Numbered from the stretch's first letter, positions 9,201 through 18,877 are shown. The stretch: DNA of 64,000 bases from Desulfobacterales bacterium (GCA_026984935.1 JALSRD010000019.1:2264-66263), one strand, 5' to 3'. Translations and numbers: made by a program. Notes: generated from the letters alone by a model not told the origin.

Positions 9201-12200
9201 CACCGACGCAGAGCTTCATATCTATGGCAGCGCTTCCATGTGGAGCGGAGCTCCAGAAGATTACCAAGAAAGACTCCAAAAGGTAAAAGCCAACGGTGTG
9301 TTCTTTCACGGTGCTATCCCCAATGAAGAGATGCCAGACAATTATGCACGGCATAGCATACTTGTATTACCATCCTCTCTTGAAAGCTTCGGTTTGGTTA
9401 CTATAGAAGCGCAGGCATGTGGTTGTATTCCAGTCGTTTATCGCACTGGCGGTACAGAAGACACCCTATTAGATGGAAAAACAGGCTTTTTCTATACTGA
9501 CAATACCCCAAAATCTCTTAAGGCAACCATCAAGAAAGCGTTTAGGGCCATCGAAACCGACCCAGAAATGCGCCAGGCCGCGAGAAAATTTGTACTCAGT
9601 AATTTTGGTCTTGATTTAACTTCAAATAAACTCCTTCACCTCATTAAAAATCTCGGTATTCAAAACAACAAGACTCTGACCTGTATTGCAGTCCCAGGAA
9701 CCACTGATGAAAATCAAGTTATTAGATCCCAAAGTGCCCCTATTGATTGTAGCAAAGGAATGCAACGCATAGCAAAAAACACGTCCTATGCCGCCTGTCT
9801 CAGTAAAGCCGCCGAAGAATTTGAGGTAAAGGATACAGTCCGAAACACTGTTTCAGCTTTGGTCTGTAAAAGAGAAGCTGTGCTCCCTGTCCATTTTTTC
9901 ACAATCGTGTTAAACGGTCAGCCATTTATACGTCACCACATTGATGTATTTAAAAAACTTCCTTTTCAGTGGTATTGGCACATCGTCGAAGGTGTCGCCG
10001 CGCTGAAAAACGACACTGCATGGAGTTTACAATTCGGCGGTCGCATAGAAAACAAATTTCACCGCAACGGCTTGAGCAACGACGGCACCACAGAATACCT
10101 TGATTCGCTGGCCCAAGAGAATCCCGGACAAATCCACATTTATCGCAAACCCAAAGGCGTGTTCTGGGATGGCAAGCTCGAAATGGTGAACGCACCGCTG
10201 AAGAATATCACCGAGCCATGCCTGCTGTGGCAGATCGACGCTGATGAGCTCTGGACCGTCGAGCAAGTTACAACTGCGCGGCAGATGTTCATAGACAATC
10301 CAGGAAAAACCGCAGCTTACTATTTCTGCCACTACTTTGTAGGCCCCGACCTTATTACAACAACCCGTGACACATACGGCAATCATAGCGAATACGAGTG
10401 GCTGCGTACCTGGCGCTATCTTCCGGGAGACCACTGGGAATCTCATGAACCACCCCGGTTGCGCCGGCCCTCCGTTTCCGGTCCGATGAAGGACATCGCC
10501 GCCCTGCATCCTTTCAGTCACGCCGAAACGGAAAAACAGGGGCTTGTTTTCCAGCATTTCGCTTATGCCACCGAGGCGCAGGTTCGTTTCAAGGAAAATT
10601 ACTTTGGATATAAAGGTGCTGTACAAGGATGGAAAAGGCTGCAACGCCAAGAGCGCTTTCCTGTATTCTTGCGAAATTTTTTCCCCTGGGTGACAGATGA
10701 AACAAAAGTTGATCGAGCATCTGCTTTAAATCTGATTCCAATTGCAAAAAAAGATCCGTCTGGAAAATGGGAATTTAACCTTCCTACGCAACAAATTTCT
10801 AAAACCAGAATATTGGCTTCATCTATTCCTAAAAAGATTCTCTGGATTCGTACTGATTCAATCGGAGACACTATCTTATCGGCATCAATGTTACCGGAAA
10901 TTGTAAAAAATTATAAAGCCGTTTCAATTTTCGTGGTCTGTCAGGAACATGCATCCGAAATCTATGCAGCCTGCCCGTTTGTGGACAAAGTCATCGGCTT
11001 CGACCGTAAACGCATGTATTCCGATGAGTCCTACCAGCGGGAAATTCTCCAACGCCTGAACACCCTTTCGATCGATCTTGCCGTCAACTCGGTATTCTCC
11101 AGCGAACCGTTGACGCATTTTCTCACCCTCAAATCAGGTGCCCGTAAGACCATCGGTATACAAGGAGACTTGTGCAACATCGACCTGGAGAATCAGTCGC
11201 AATTTTTAAAAAACTACACCCAGGTCTGCACCATTGATTCAGCCAGCCATAGCGCTGAACTGGGACGTCACAGAGCCTTCCTCGCCTCTTTCGGCATTGA
11301 TGCCTCTTCCCTGGCCCCCGTTATATGGACAACTTCCGAAGACGAACATTTTGCCGATGATTTTTTCCGCAAAAATGAACTAGTTCCAGAAAAGACCATC
11401 GCCTTGTTTGCGGGCGCACAGTCCGGCATCAGATATTACTTTCAATACGGCAGGGCATTGTCGATGGCATTGGAAAATGATCCCGACTACTGTGTTCTGG
11501 CGTTGGGCTCGGATCATGAAAAAACCATCAATCAAAAAAACCTGGATGCAACAGGCCTGAGAACTTTCAACTTGTGTGGTCAAACGACCATTCGGCAGGC
11601 GGCTGCAATCATCAAGCGCTGCCGCCTGGCTGTCGGCGCCGAAACCGGGCTGGCGCACGCGACATGTGCCGTGGGAACTCCCAATGTCGTCCTCCTCGGG
11701 GGCGGGCACTTCGGGCGCTTCATGCCCTATTCTCCGCTCACCACCGTGGCATGCCTGCCGCTGTCGTGCTATGGCTGCAACTGGCAGTGCCGCTATGAAC
11801 GGCCTTATTGCATCAAGGATCTTTCACCGCATGTTCTAGCCGAAGCCGTAAAGGCGGCCTTTGCTTCAGCATCGAACAAAATGCGTATTGTAACCCAGGA
11901 CCGGTCGTCCTGGAAACCTGCAGCCGATATGCCGGAATGGCGTCTTCCCGATATTGCAAATGATGCGAAACGTTTTGAGATCATGTCCACGTTCGCATCC
12001 GCTGGCAAGAGTTTATCGGACGTGCTGAACGATGAGGGAGAAGCGCTGTTTGCCCGGGGAAAGGCAGAAAACGCGCGTTCTACTTTTGAAAAGGCGTCGG
12101 CGGCGGACCCGCAAGATGCCCGCGCACACAACAACCTCGGCGTCGTTTACCATCGGCTGGGAAGAGAAGAGCAAGCCCTTGCACACTACCAGAAAGCCGT

Positions 12201-15200
12201 CGCCTTGGCACCCAATGCAAAAACCTATCAGAAAAATCTGGCTGATTTCTACTGTGTGGCGCTGGGAGAAATCGAAAAGGCCATGCAACTGTATGTAAGC
12301 GTGCTTAGAAAAGATCCCCGGGATGCAGAAGCTTTGCGGGCCATGGGCCGAATTTGCCAGGCACTGGGCCGGAGCACGGACGCGCAAAGCTTCTTTCAGA
12401 GGGCACAACATGCTGATCTCCAGGATGAAAAGGCATCTGAAAACCCGGCACAACTTTCCTTACCCCCCCAAAGCCGTCGCTCCGAGTTTTCCATAGAGGC
12501 TACCGCCAATGGCCCAGAAAGCGATTATCACCACCAATACCTGGTATCCGCCATTGTCTCAACCTACAATGCCGAACGGTTCATCAGGGGCTGTATGGAG
12601 GATCTGGAGAGGCAGACGATTGCCGACCGTCTTGAAATCATCGTCGTCGACAGTGGTTCACAGGAAAATGAGGCCCAAATCGTCAGGGAGTTCCAGCAGC
12701 GTTTCCAAAACATAAAATACATCCGCACCGAACAGCGCGAATCTGTTTACGCGGCCTGGAACCGCGGCATTAAAGCAGCATCGGGCAAATACATCACCAA
12801 TGCCAACACCGATGACCGGCATCGCGGAGATGCCTTCGAAGTGATGAGCTCCATCCTGGAAACCCTGCCGGAAATCAGCCTGGTATATGCAGATGTCATC
12901 ATCACAAAGACCGCAAACGAAAGCTTCAAGCACTGCACCCCGGTGGGGTTCTACCGTTGGATGAACTTCAATCGCGATGACCTGCTCAACAAAGGTTGTT
13001 ACGTGGGCCCGCAACCCATGTGGCGCCGACAGGTGCATGACGAATACGGCTACTTCGACGAAACCTTCGTGACTTCCGGCGACTACGAATTCTGGCTGCG
13101 CATTTCCCAGACAGGCACCTTTCTGCACATCCCCGTTCTGCTGGGTCTCTACCTGAAATCCCCGCACAGCATCGAGCATGCCAACCGCGACCGCCAGGCC
13201 GAAGAAAATCGCCGCATCTTTAAAATGTACGCCGACGCCAAGTCCTCCGGTGAAGTCCTCGGCCGCATAAATCCTCCGGACAAGCTTCCGGTTGACGGCT
13301 CCGCGGGGCCAAAACCGGCTGAAAATCTCTACAAGGATGTACAGGGACTGATCCGCAAGGGGGAATACGACCCGGCTGTTGAAAAACTTAAGCTTATGAC
13401 AGCAGAATTTCCGCATTTTGCTCCGCCATACAACGATCTGGGGATACTTTATCACAGCCGGGGGGATCTGGAAACGGCCCTGTCATCCTACCAGAAAGCT
13501 GTTGAACTCGCGCCGGAAAATGCCACTTTTCAGAAAAACCTGGCCGATTTCTACTGCGTGGCGCTGGGTAAAATCGAAGCCGCCATGGAAATCTATGTGC
13601 GTGTGCTGCAACGGGATCCCCTTGACATCGAAGCCCTGCTGGCCATGGGTTATATCTGCCGCAGGTTTGAGCGCTTCGAGGATGCCAAAAGCTTTTACGC
13701 GCGCGTGCTTGAAATCGATGCGGATAATGAGACCGCCCGCAGGTTCATGGGGCTTGCTGAACCGTCCAGGGCCGAAACCGATGATACTCCGCTTTCCGCT
13801 GAAACGGCATATGAACAACTGCTGGAAGACATGCAGCACGATCCGCTGGATGCCGGCATTGCCAAGATCAGTGCTTTTTTAGCGGCCTTTCCGGACCTGG
13901 CACACGCCCACAGCGACATCGGCGCTTTGTACCAGCGTGCCGGGGCTTCCGACAAGGCTGAAAAACACCTGCAAAAAGCCGCCCTGCTCGCCAAAGACAA
14001 TCCGCAGTTTCAGAAAAACCTGGCGGATTTCTACCTTGTCGAACGCGATCGGAAAGAGCCGGCCCTGGAAATTTATCGCCGGCTTTTGGATAAAGACCCT
14101 GGCAACAAACAACTTCTCCTGCTGGCCGGGCATGTCTGCGTCGCACTGAAGCGCCTGTCGGATGCCGCCGTTTTTTACCGCCGCTTGCTTGCCGAAGACC
14201 CTGGTAATACGGACGCCCGCACGAACCTGGAAGCCATTGAAGGAATTGAAGAAGCGCATGACAAAAAAAGTCCGCCTCCGGGAAAAACGCCGCGGGGCAA
14301 GGTGTTGCAGGAGCCGGGCGATGGGAGCACAGCCCAGCTTGATGCGGCACCGGCGGAAGGACCTGACGACCCGCAGGTTTCGATCTTGATTTCGGCTTCA
14401 GGCCCTGTGAACCGGCTGCGCAGCCGCGTGCAGGCCATCGAACGGCATACCGACACGCCGTATGAACTGATCTTTCTGGATAGTGGCGTCACCAAAGGAA
14501 CGGATCAATGGCTGCAACAGTTCTTGGACCAGAACGATCACGGGCACCGCATCCGATGCGGGCACGCAACCAACGCCGCAACTGCAGTTAATGCCGGTAT
14601 CGCGGCGAGTCACAGTAAAATGATTCTGCGGTTATCCAATGACGTTGAAGTCACCCCGGGATGGCTGGCTTCGATGATAACGCACCTGGAACGTAATGCC
14701 GATACCGGCATCGTCGGCGCCATGTCCAATGTCGCCGCCGAACGCCAGAAAGCACCCTTGCCATGGAGCAAAGGTGAAGACACATTGGCAAAGTTTGCAG
14801 CGGCTTACCGGCAGCGGAACCGCCATCGCCGCATACCCGCCAATACTATAGACGGGTTCTGTATGCTTTTTACCCGCCAACTTTTCGAAAACATCGGCCC
14901 CTTCGACGAAGAACTGGGCCAAGGCGGCTATGATGGCGAGGACTTCTGCCTGCGGGCCACGCTGGCCGGCTGTCAGAATCTGATCGCCGGCGATGTCTAT
15001 CTGCACCGCCACCTCAAAAAGAAGCCTCCACGGGACAAAAAGGCCTTTACCTTAAAATGGAGCGGTGCTGACGTCAAAACACCGGCAGGCAAAAAGTATC
15101 TTGCCCTGTTGACAGAACGCAAAGCCCGCCGGGCCTGGCAGGCCGAACGTGTCGACGAAGCCGGAGAACTTTTTCTGCAGGCCATCGGTCTGCAACCGGA

Positions 15201-17127
15201 AAGTTGCAAAAGCTACCACAGGCTGGCTGAAATGCTGATTCAGACCAAACAGTACGAAAACGCCCTTGAAGTGCTCAACGAACTTCCAGAGGGCGAGCCC
15301 GACGTACGGGAAATAGTACTCAAAGCTTGCTGCCAGGAGGGGCTTGGACGGCTGGAAGAAGCCCAACAGCTGGTGGACCGGGCATTGGAGATCAATCCTT
15401 TGTTTGCGCCGGCACTGAACCGCAAGGGCCTGTTGGCTTACCAGCATTCAGACCGCCACAACGCCGGCGGATGGTTTCAGCGCGCCCTAGCGGCTGACCC
15501 GGGATTCGGAGAAGCTTACACCAACCTTGGTGCGCTCAAATGGGAAGCCGGCGAAAAAGATGCCGCCCTGGAATTATACGAACGTGCCTTTATCCTGGAA
15601 CCCGCTATTGCGGATATTGCAGCCAACTATCACGCGGCCATGTCCGACCTGAACCAGTACGCCCGCGGCGTTCCCATTTTGCGGGAAGCTGTCAGCGCCT
15701 ACCCGTTCAGCAAAAAAATCCGTTACATGCTGATCGACTGCCTCATCCGTTTACAGCAATATGCAGCGGCCATGGAAACCATCGAAAGCGCGATCGCCGA
15801 TTTTGGTATTGAAGACGGCATCCTGGCATCGGCGCTCAAAGTCCGGGAAATACTCGGCCCGCTCGAAATCGAAAGCCATGATCCAAATCATCCCACAGTT
15901 TCGCTGTGCATGATCACAAAAAACGAACAGGAACACCTTGCCCGTTGTCTGCGCAGCGCAAAACCCGTGGTCGACGAAATCATCGTGACCGACACCGGCT
16001 CCAATGATCGCAGTATCGATATCGCACGCGCTTTCGGCGCAAAGGTCAACGCATTCGCATGGACGGAAGATTTTTCAGCAGCACGGAATGATGCGCTTTC
16101 ACAGGCTACCGGCGGCGTCATTTTCGTCATGGATGCGGATGAAGTGATATCTCCCACCGACTATCCTGAATTCAGACGGATAGCGCGGCAATCCGGCACA
16201 AAGCGCTGCGCATACATCGTCAACACGCGCAACTATACTATGGACAACAACCTGGTGTCGTGGGTGGCCAATGATGGCTGTTATGGGGCGGCCGAGGCTG
16301 GTACCGGCTGGACTCCCAGCGCCAAGATACGCATCTTCCCCAATGACCGCGGGGTACGTTTTGACTTTCCGGTACACGAAATGGTGGAACCCTCTTTGGA
16401 AAAGGCCGGTATTCCGATGCTTGCCTGTGATATCCAGATCCACCACTACGGAAAACTGAACTCCCAGAAAAGCCGGACCAAGGGGGAAGCTTATTATGAA
16501 ATCGGGCGTAAAAAACTTGCGGAGACAAAAGACGCTCCGGTGGCTTTAAGGGAGCTCGCCACTCAGGCTGAAATCCTCGGGAAACATGACGAATCGATCG
16601 AATTGTGGAAACGCTTTATTGCGCTTTTACCCAATGAACCCAAAGCCTACATCAACATGGGAATCACATACTGCAGCCTGGGCCAATTTGACAACGTGCT
16701 GGCAACTGCTGAAAAAGTGCTGCAGCTGCGGCCGGAATCAAAAGAGGGGCATTACAATTATGCCCTGGCCAAGCTGCACCTGGGCTGTCCGGAGCAGGCA
16801 CGCGAGACCCTGAAGGAACTTTGTCATCGGATGCCGGAATATCTGCCGGCACGGTTTCTGATGGCGGCAACCCACTGCGTCATGGGGAAAAAAGACACGG
16901 GCATGGCCATGCTGGCCGAACTCTCCCGGACGTCCATCGGGCCTGGTCTTGCCATCCGCTGCCACGAACTGGCAAAGGCGTTCGCCGCCAATAACCGGTT
17001 CGATTATGCCCGGTCCCTTCTCGATGCCGCCATCGACAGCAAAAACAGCAACAAAAATATTCTAAACCTGTATGCCGATTGCCTCGAACACATCGATTCC
17101 GACAAAAAAACGGGAACCTACGAATAG
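6283..17127 (+). CDS. Giant 3614-aa fusion protein: radical SAM (SPASM-like) domain + seven glycosyltransferase domains (GT2 x4, GT4, GT-A-like, GT9) interleaved with TPR blocks
   Basis: A single uninterrupted ORF with AGGAGA 8 nt upstream of the ATG.
- Radical SAM: CSHSCRFC (nt 6361-6384), GGEPTLH, CHNCAAINVC (7273-7302)
- GT2 #1: ISVIIPCYN (7561) with DADD (7822-7833)
- GT4: starts ~8629, with EAQACGCIPVV..GG..D...DG.TGFF (9406)
- GT-A-like: starts ~9889, with QIDADE (10231-10248)
- GT9: KKILWIRTDSIGD (10831) and GAETGLAHA..VGTPNVVLLGG
- GT2 #2: IVSTYNAERF (12538) with NTDD
- GT2 #3: VSILISA (14374)
- GT2 #4: SLCMITKNEQEHL (15895) with MDADE (16129-16143)
- TPR blocks lie between and after the domains. 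Confidence 0.85.
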   Translation: MIDGNSVYFHEPGQLSRGAVLDVGLKCSHSCRFCYYSFMDGSDKQFRGMRKAKFRTTEELKEILSLLKKKGFINFDVTGGEPTLHTGIIELMRYAHQDLGLNGRIITLGQFLVRKPKYLIKKLFDAGIVNFLFSLHAVDEKSFQRITGESFNRLRKAMDFLDEKSFQYCSNTTVFEWNYKSLPDIAREVLSHGIYLHNFILMNAYYHWNKGGKSFGVQAKYSQVLPYLSEAVSILESHDIAVNIRYAPMCAVKGLEKNLVGVVGVRYDPYEWMNRAGHFGGPPSVCADKYPIKQGEIEKAYAFIPQKLKMPNGIRVIGMRGKHFKYFSSKCHNCAAINVCDGVDPNYLANYGDNELIPYETDLGVGPVASPRLAYTPPFFVKTNQSSDMKSICKEAFNKWRQNLNKSHDHCFAKPSIELCHNKHPLISVIIPCYNQARYLGEAVTSIVGQSYENWEILIVNDGSTDNTHPVAVQIINHYPNKPIRLIDKKNGGVADSRNRGIETANGTWILPLDADDKFKPSFLEKAVSAIEEDSNLNLIFSNVRQFGAQNGAWVPNEYSELKIIEENCFPYASLFKKSIWLNIGGYSQVLGKVMQLEDWDFWIRASRMGINAHRIPEQLFLYRVHDSNIYYQVILPRMAVAKALTVTANANLYELRYIEHCWQIISNCDQDTEQRIRNTLSAYPKHALPYFWLGLKFEGSKSYESAVTYYRKAIEKGGENVWQAYHRLGMMQKHYLGFPSKAMDGPGNVLLSGEAQENIAKARRLYYSYNHSMRVKNTSRTLRILFYYEGFHNKNRPYAGTAKAIQQIATALITRTDFSVIIVGDHVQRTEKLADRLIIHPTPDSNSVDFIKRYDIVFFATHTGCFATVPKPAEQRWILLQHCWDFDIQAWKRIDDFDKIICVSRPQKERFTRIRRIAQKIAIIPNGVDTNHFKESVIKGRKLHSIMFAGAIVPHKNVHILIEAFRLLKQDVTDAELHIYGSASMWSGAPEDYQERLQKVKANGVFFHGAIPNEEMPDNYARHSILVLPSSLESFGLVTIEAQACGCIPVVYRTGGTEDTLLDGKTGFFYTDNTPKSLKATIKKAFRAIETDPEMRQAARKFVLSNFGLDLTSNKLLHLIKNLGIQNNKTLTCIAVPGTTDENQVIRSQSAPIDCSKGMQRIAKNTSYAACLSKAAEEFEVKDTVRNTVSALVCKREAVLPVHFFTIVLNGQPFIRHHIDVFKKLPFQWYWHIVEGVAALKNDTAWSLQFGGRIENKFHRNGLSNDGTTEYLDSLAQENPGQIHIYRKPKGVFWDGKLEMVNAPLKNITEPCLLWQIDADELWTVEQVTTARQMFIDNPGKTAAYYFCHYFVGPDLITTTRDTYGNHSEYEWLRTWRYLPGDHWESHEPPRLRRPSVSGPMKDIAALHPFSHAETEKQGLVFQHFAYATEAQVRFKENYFGYKGAVQGWKRLQRQERFPVFLRNFFPWVTDETKVDRASALNLIPIAKKDPSGKWEFNLPTQQISKTRILASSIPKKILWIRTDSIGDTILSASMLPEIVKNYKAVSIFVVCQEHASEIYAACPFVDKVIGFDRKRMYSDESYQREILQRLNTLSIDLAVNSVFSSEPLTHFLTLKSGARKTIGIQGDLCNIDLENQSQFLKNYTQVCTIDSASHSAELGRHRAFLASFGIDASSLAPVIWTTSEDEHFADDFFRKNELVPEKTIALFAGAQSGIRYYFQYGRALSMALENDPDYCVLALGSDHEKTINQKNLDATGLRTFNLCGQTTIRQAAAIIKRCRLAVGAETGLAHATCAVGTPNVVLLGGGHFGRFMPYSPLTTVACLPLSCYGCNWQCRYERPYCIKDLSPHVLAEAVKAAFASASNKMRIVTQDRSSWKPAADMPEWRLPDIANDAKRFEIMSTFASAGKSLSDVLNDEGEALFARGKAENARSTFEKASAADPQDARAHNNLGVVYHRLGREEQALAHYQKAVALAPNAKTYQKNLADFYCVALGEIEKAMQLYVSVLRKDPRDAEALRAMGRICQALGRSTDAQSFFQRAQHADLQDEKASENPAQLSLPPQSRRSEFSIEATANGPESDYHHQYLVSAIVSTYNAERFIRGCMEDLERQTIADRLEIIVVDSGSQENEAQIVREFQQRFQNIKYIRTEQRESVYAAWNRGIKAASGKYITNANTDDRHRGDAFEVMSSILETLPEISLVYADVIITKTANESFKHCTPVGFYRWMNFNRDDLLNKGCYVGPQPMWRRQVHDEYGYFDETFVTSGDYEFWLRISQTGTFLHIPVLLGLYLKSPHSIEHANRDRQAEENRRIFKMYADAKSSGEVLGRINPPDKLPVDGSAGPKPAENLYKDVQGLIRKGEYDPAVEKLKLMTAEFPHFAPPYNDLGILYHSRGDLETALSSYQKAVELAPENATFQKNLADFYCVALGKIEAAMEIYVRVLQRDPLDIEALLAMGYICRRFERFEDAKSFYARVLEIDADNETARRFMGLAEPSRAETDDTPLSAETAYEQLLEDMQHDPLDAGIAKISAFLAAFPDLAHAHSDIGALYQRAGASDKAEKHLQKAALLAKDNPQFQKNLADFYLVERDRKEPALEIYRRLLDKDPGNKQLLLLAGHVCVALKRLSDAAVFYRRLLAEDPGNTDARTNLEAIEGIEEAHDKKSPPPGKTPRGKVLQEPGDGSTAQLDAAPAEGPDDPQVSILISASGPVNRLRSRVQAIERHTDTPYELIFLDSGVTKGTDQWLQQFLDQNDHGHRIRCGHATNAATAVNAGIAASHSKMILRLSNDVEVTPGWLASMITHLERNADTGIVGAMSNVAAERQKAPLPWSKGEDTLAKFAAAYRQRNRHRRIPANTIDGFCMLFTRQLFENIGPFDEELGQGGYDGEDFCLRATLAGCQNLIAGDVYLHRHLKKKPPRDKKAFTLKWSGADVKTPAGKKYLALLTERKARRAWQAERVDEAGELFLQAIGLQPESCKSYHRLAEMLIQTKQYENALEVLNELPEGEPDVREIVLKACCQEGLGRLEEAQQLVDRALEINPLFAPALNRKGLLAYQHSDRHNAGGWFQRALAADPGFGEAYTNLGALKWEAGEKDAALELYERAFILEPAIADIAANYHAAMSDLNQYARGVPILREAVSAYPFSKKIRYMLIDCLIRLQQYAAAMETIESAIADFGIEDGILASALKVREILGPLEIESHDPNHPTVSLCMITKNEQEHLARCLRSAKPVVDEIIVTDTGSNDRSIDIARAFGAKVNAFAWTEDFSAARNDALSQATGGVIFVMDADEVISPTDYPEFRRIARQSGTKRCAYIVNTRNYTMDNNLVSWVANDGCYGAAEAGTGWTPSAKIRIFPNDRGVRFDFPVHEMVEPSLEKAGIPMLACDIQIHHYGKLNSQKSRTKGEAYYEIGRKKLAETKDAPVALRELATQAEILGKHDESIELWKRFIALLPNEPKAYINMGITYCSLGQFDNVLATAEKVLQLRPESKEGHYNYALAKLHLGCPEQARETLKELCHRMPEYLPARFLMAATHCVMGKKDTGMAMLAELSRTSIGPGLAIRCHELAKAFAANNRFDYARSLLDAAIDSKNSNKNILNLYADCLEHIDSDKKTGTYE

Positions 17128-17135
17128 TTTTATCC

Positions 17136-18860
17136 ATGAATGCCCAGGATCTTTACGGGGAGAGCCTCCAGACAGCGTACGGCAATAGAGATGCGGCCCA
17201 GACTGCTTTCCGTATGGGCCTCCAGCATATTGTCCGCGGGGAAAATCGCGAAGCGGCCACCGCTTTCAAACAGGCGGTTTCGCTCCAGCCGGATTTTGCC
17301 GCCGCCTATTACAACCTCGGTCGCGTATTGAGGGAGCTGGGTGACGACAGCGAGGCCATCGCAGCTTATCGAAAGGCATCTGAATGGGATCCGGAAGATC
17401 CGGATATTTTCTACAATTTGGGAAACGCGCTATTTGCCGCTGGAAAATTGGACACCGCCATAAAATGCTACCAAAGAGCCCTTGGGCTGAATCCACGTTT
17501 TGTCAAGGCCCGCAACAACCTTGCCGAAGCTTTAAAGAAATGCGGCCGAATTGACGCCGCCATCGAACAGTATAATGCCGTGCTGCATGGCAGTTCCCCC
17601 TCAGCGGAAACACTGTGCAGAATGGGGGACCTCTTCCGGAAACGGCGAAAATACGACCAAGCCTCACACTGGTACCAAAAAGCCCTGCAACGGTTCCCGG
17701 ATTGTGCCGAAGCCTTCAACGGTCTTGGGAATGTGCTGCGCGACCAGAACCGTGTGCAGGAGGCTAAAGTATGCTACGAACAGGCCATCCGGGCCGCGCC
17801 GACATGTGCCCGCGCATACAGCAACCTGGCCAAAACCTGCCAGGAAACCGGAGATCTGGGAAAAGCCCTGCATTACTACGATCAGGCGGTCCAGATCGAG
17901 ACGGATGAAGCCGATATCCGCTTTAACCGTGCCACAGCATACCTGATGAGCGGTAATTTTGCCGAAGGCTGGAAGGAATACACTTACCGTTTTAAACGCC
18001 GCCAATGGCAAAGCGTCTATCCCCGCCGTTTCGATCAGCCGCTTTGGGACGGATCACCCTATGCTGGTAAGAAGCTCTACGTTCACGACGAACAGGGTCT
18101 GGGTGATACCCTGCAGTTCGTGCGTTACCTACCTCTTGCCGCTGCGTTGGGCGGTGAACTCATCTTCGAAACCCGCCCGTCATTGTTCGAACTTTTCAAG
18201 GGCATTGCCGGCGCGACACGCGTGGTGTACCGCACCGCCAGCACTCAACCCAGCGACCTTGATTTCGACTACTACGTGCCGTTGCTGAATTTGCCGTGGG
18301 TATTTAACACTACCCTTGAAACGGTGCCGAACCATGTTCCATACCTTTTCGCCAACAGTCGCAAAAAAGCGCTCTGGCGACAACGGCTGAATGACTCCCG
18401 CACTTTTCGTGTCGGAATCGTATGGGGCGGGAGCGCCACAGACGAAAAACGCTCCTGCCGTCTTGAGGATTTCCTCATCCTGCAAAAGACCAACGCCGTG
18501 CGGCTCTATGGGCTGCAAAAAGGACCCGCCGCGCTGCAGACGCTGGAAATTCCCGGCTGTGAAATTCCAAATTTTGGCCCTGAATTTACCGACTTTTCGG
18601 ATACCGCCGCAGCCATCGACTGCCTGGACCTGGTCATATCGGTCGACACGGCCGTCGCCCATCTGGCCGGCGCCATGGGAAAACCGGTATGGACACTCTT
18701 GCCATATGCGCCGGATTGGCGCTGGATGCAAAAGCGCAGCGACAGCCCCTGGTATCCCACCATGCGCCTCTTCCGCCAGGAAACGCCCGGCAACTGGCAA
18801 ACCGTCATGCAGCAGGTGGCAACGGCCCTTAAACGAGCTATGGCGCAACCCGCCGCCTGA
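17136..18860 (+). CDS. TPR-repeat protein with C-terminal GT9-like (heptosyltransferase-fold) glycosyltransferase domain
   Basis: The ORF track starts at 17079, overlapping the giant ORF. The internal ATG at 17136 (MNAQDLYG) lies 9 nt after the upstream stop. N-terminal TPRs are present (AAYYNLGRVLRELGD.., DIFYNLGNALFAAGK..). The C-terminus carries GLGDTLQFVRYLPL and DTAVAHLAGAMGKPVWTLL. Confidence 0.8.
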   Translation: MNAQDLYGESLQTAYGNRDAAQTAFRMGLQHIVRGENREAATAFKQAVSLQPDFAAAYYNLGRVLRELGDDSEAIAAYRKASEWDPEDPDIFYNLGNALFAAGKLDTAIKCYQRALGLNPRFVKARNNLAEALKKCGRIDAAIEQYNAVLHGSSPSAETLCRMGDLFRKRRKYDQASHWYQKALQRFPDCAEAFNGLGNVLRDQNRVQEAKVCYEQAIRAAPTCARAYSNLAKTCQETGDLGKALHYYDQAVQIETDEADIRFNRATAYLMSGNFAEGWKEYTYRFKRRQWQSVYPRRFDQPLWDGSPYAGKKLYVHDEQGLGDTLQFVRYLPLAAALGGELIFETRPSLFELFKGIAGATRVVYRTASTQPSDLDFDYYVPLLNLPWVFNTTLETVPNHVPYLFANSRKKALWRQRLNDSRTFRVGIVWGGSATDEKRSCRLEDFLILQKTNAVRLYGLQKGPAALQTLEIPGCEIPNFGPEFTDFSDTAAAIDCLDLVISVDTAVAHLAGAMGKPVWTLLPYAPDWRWMQKRSDSPWYPTMRLFRQETPGNWQTVMQQVATALKRAMAQPAA

Positions 18861-18877
18861 AGAAGACAATGCCAGAG

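Noticed and set aside
17079-17135. Upstream start for the TPR-GT9 gene
   Set aside because: It overlaps the end of the giant ORF by 49 nt. The ATG at 17136 lies just after the upstream stop and precedes the first TPR.
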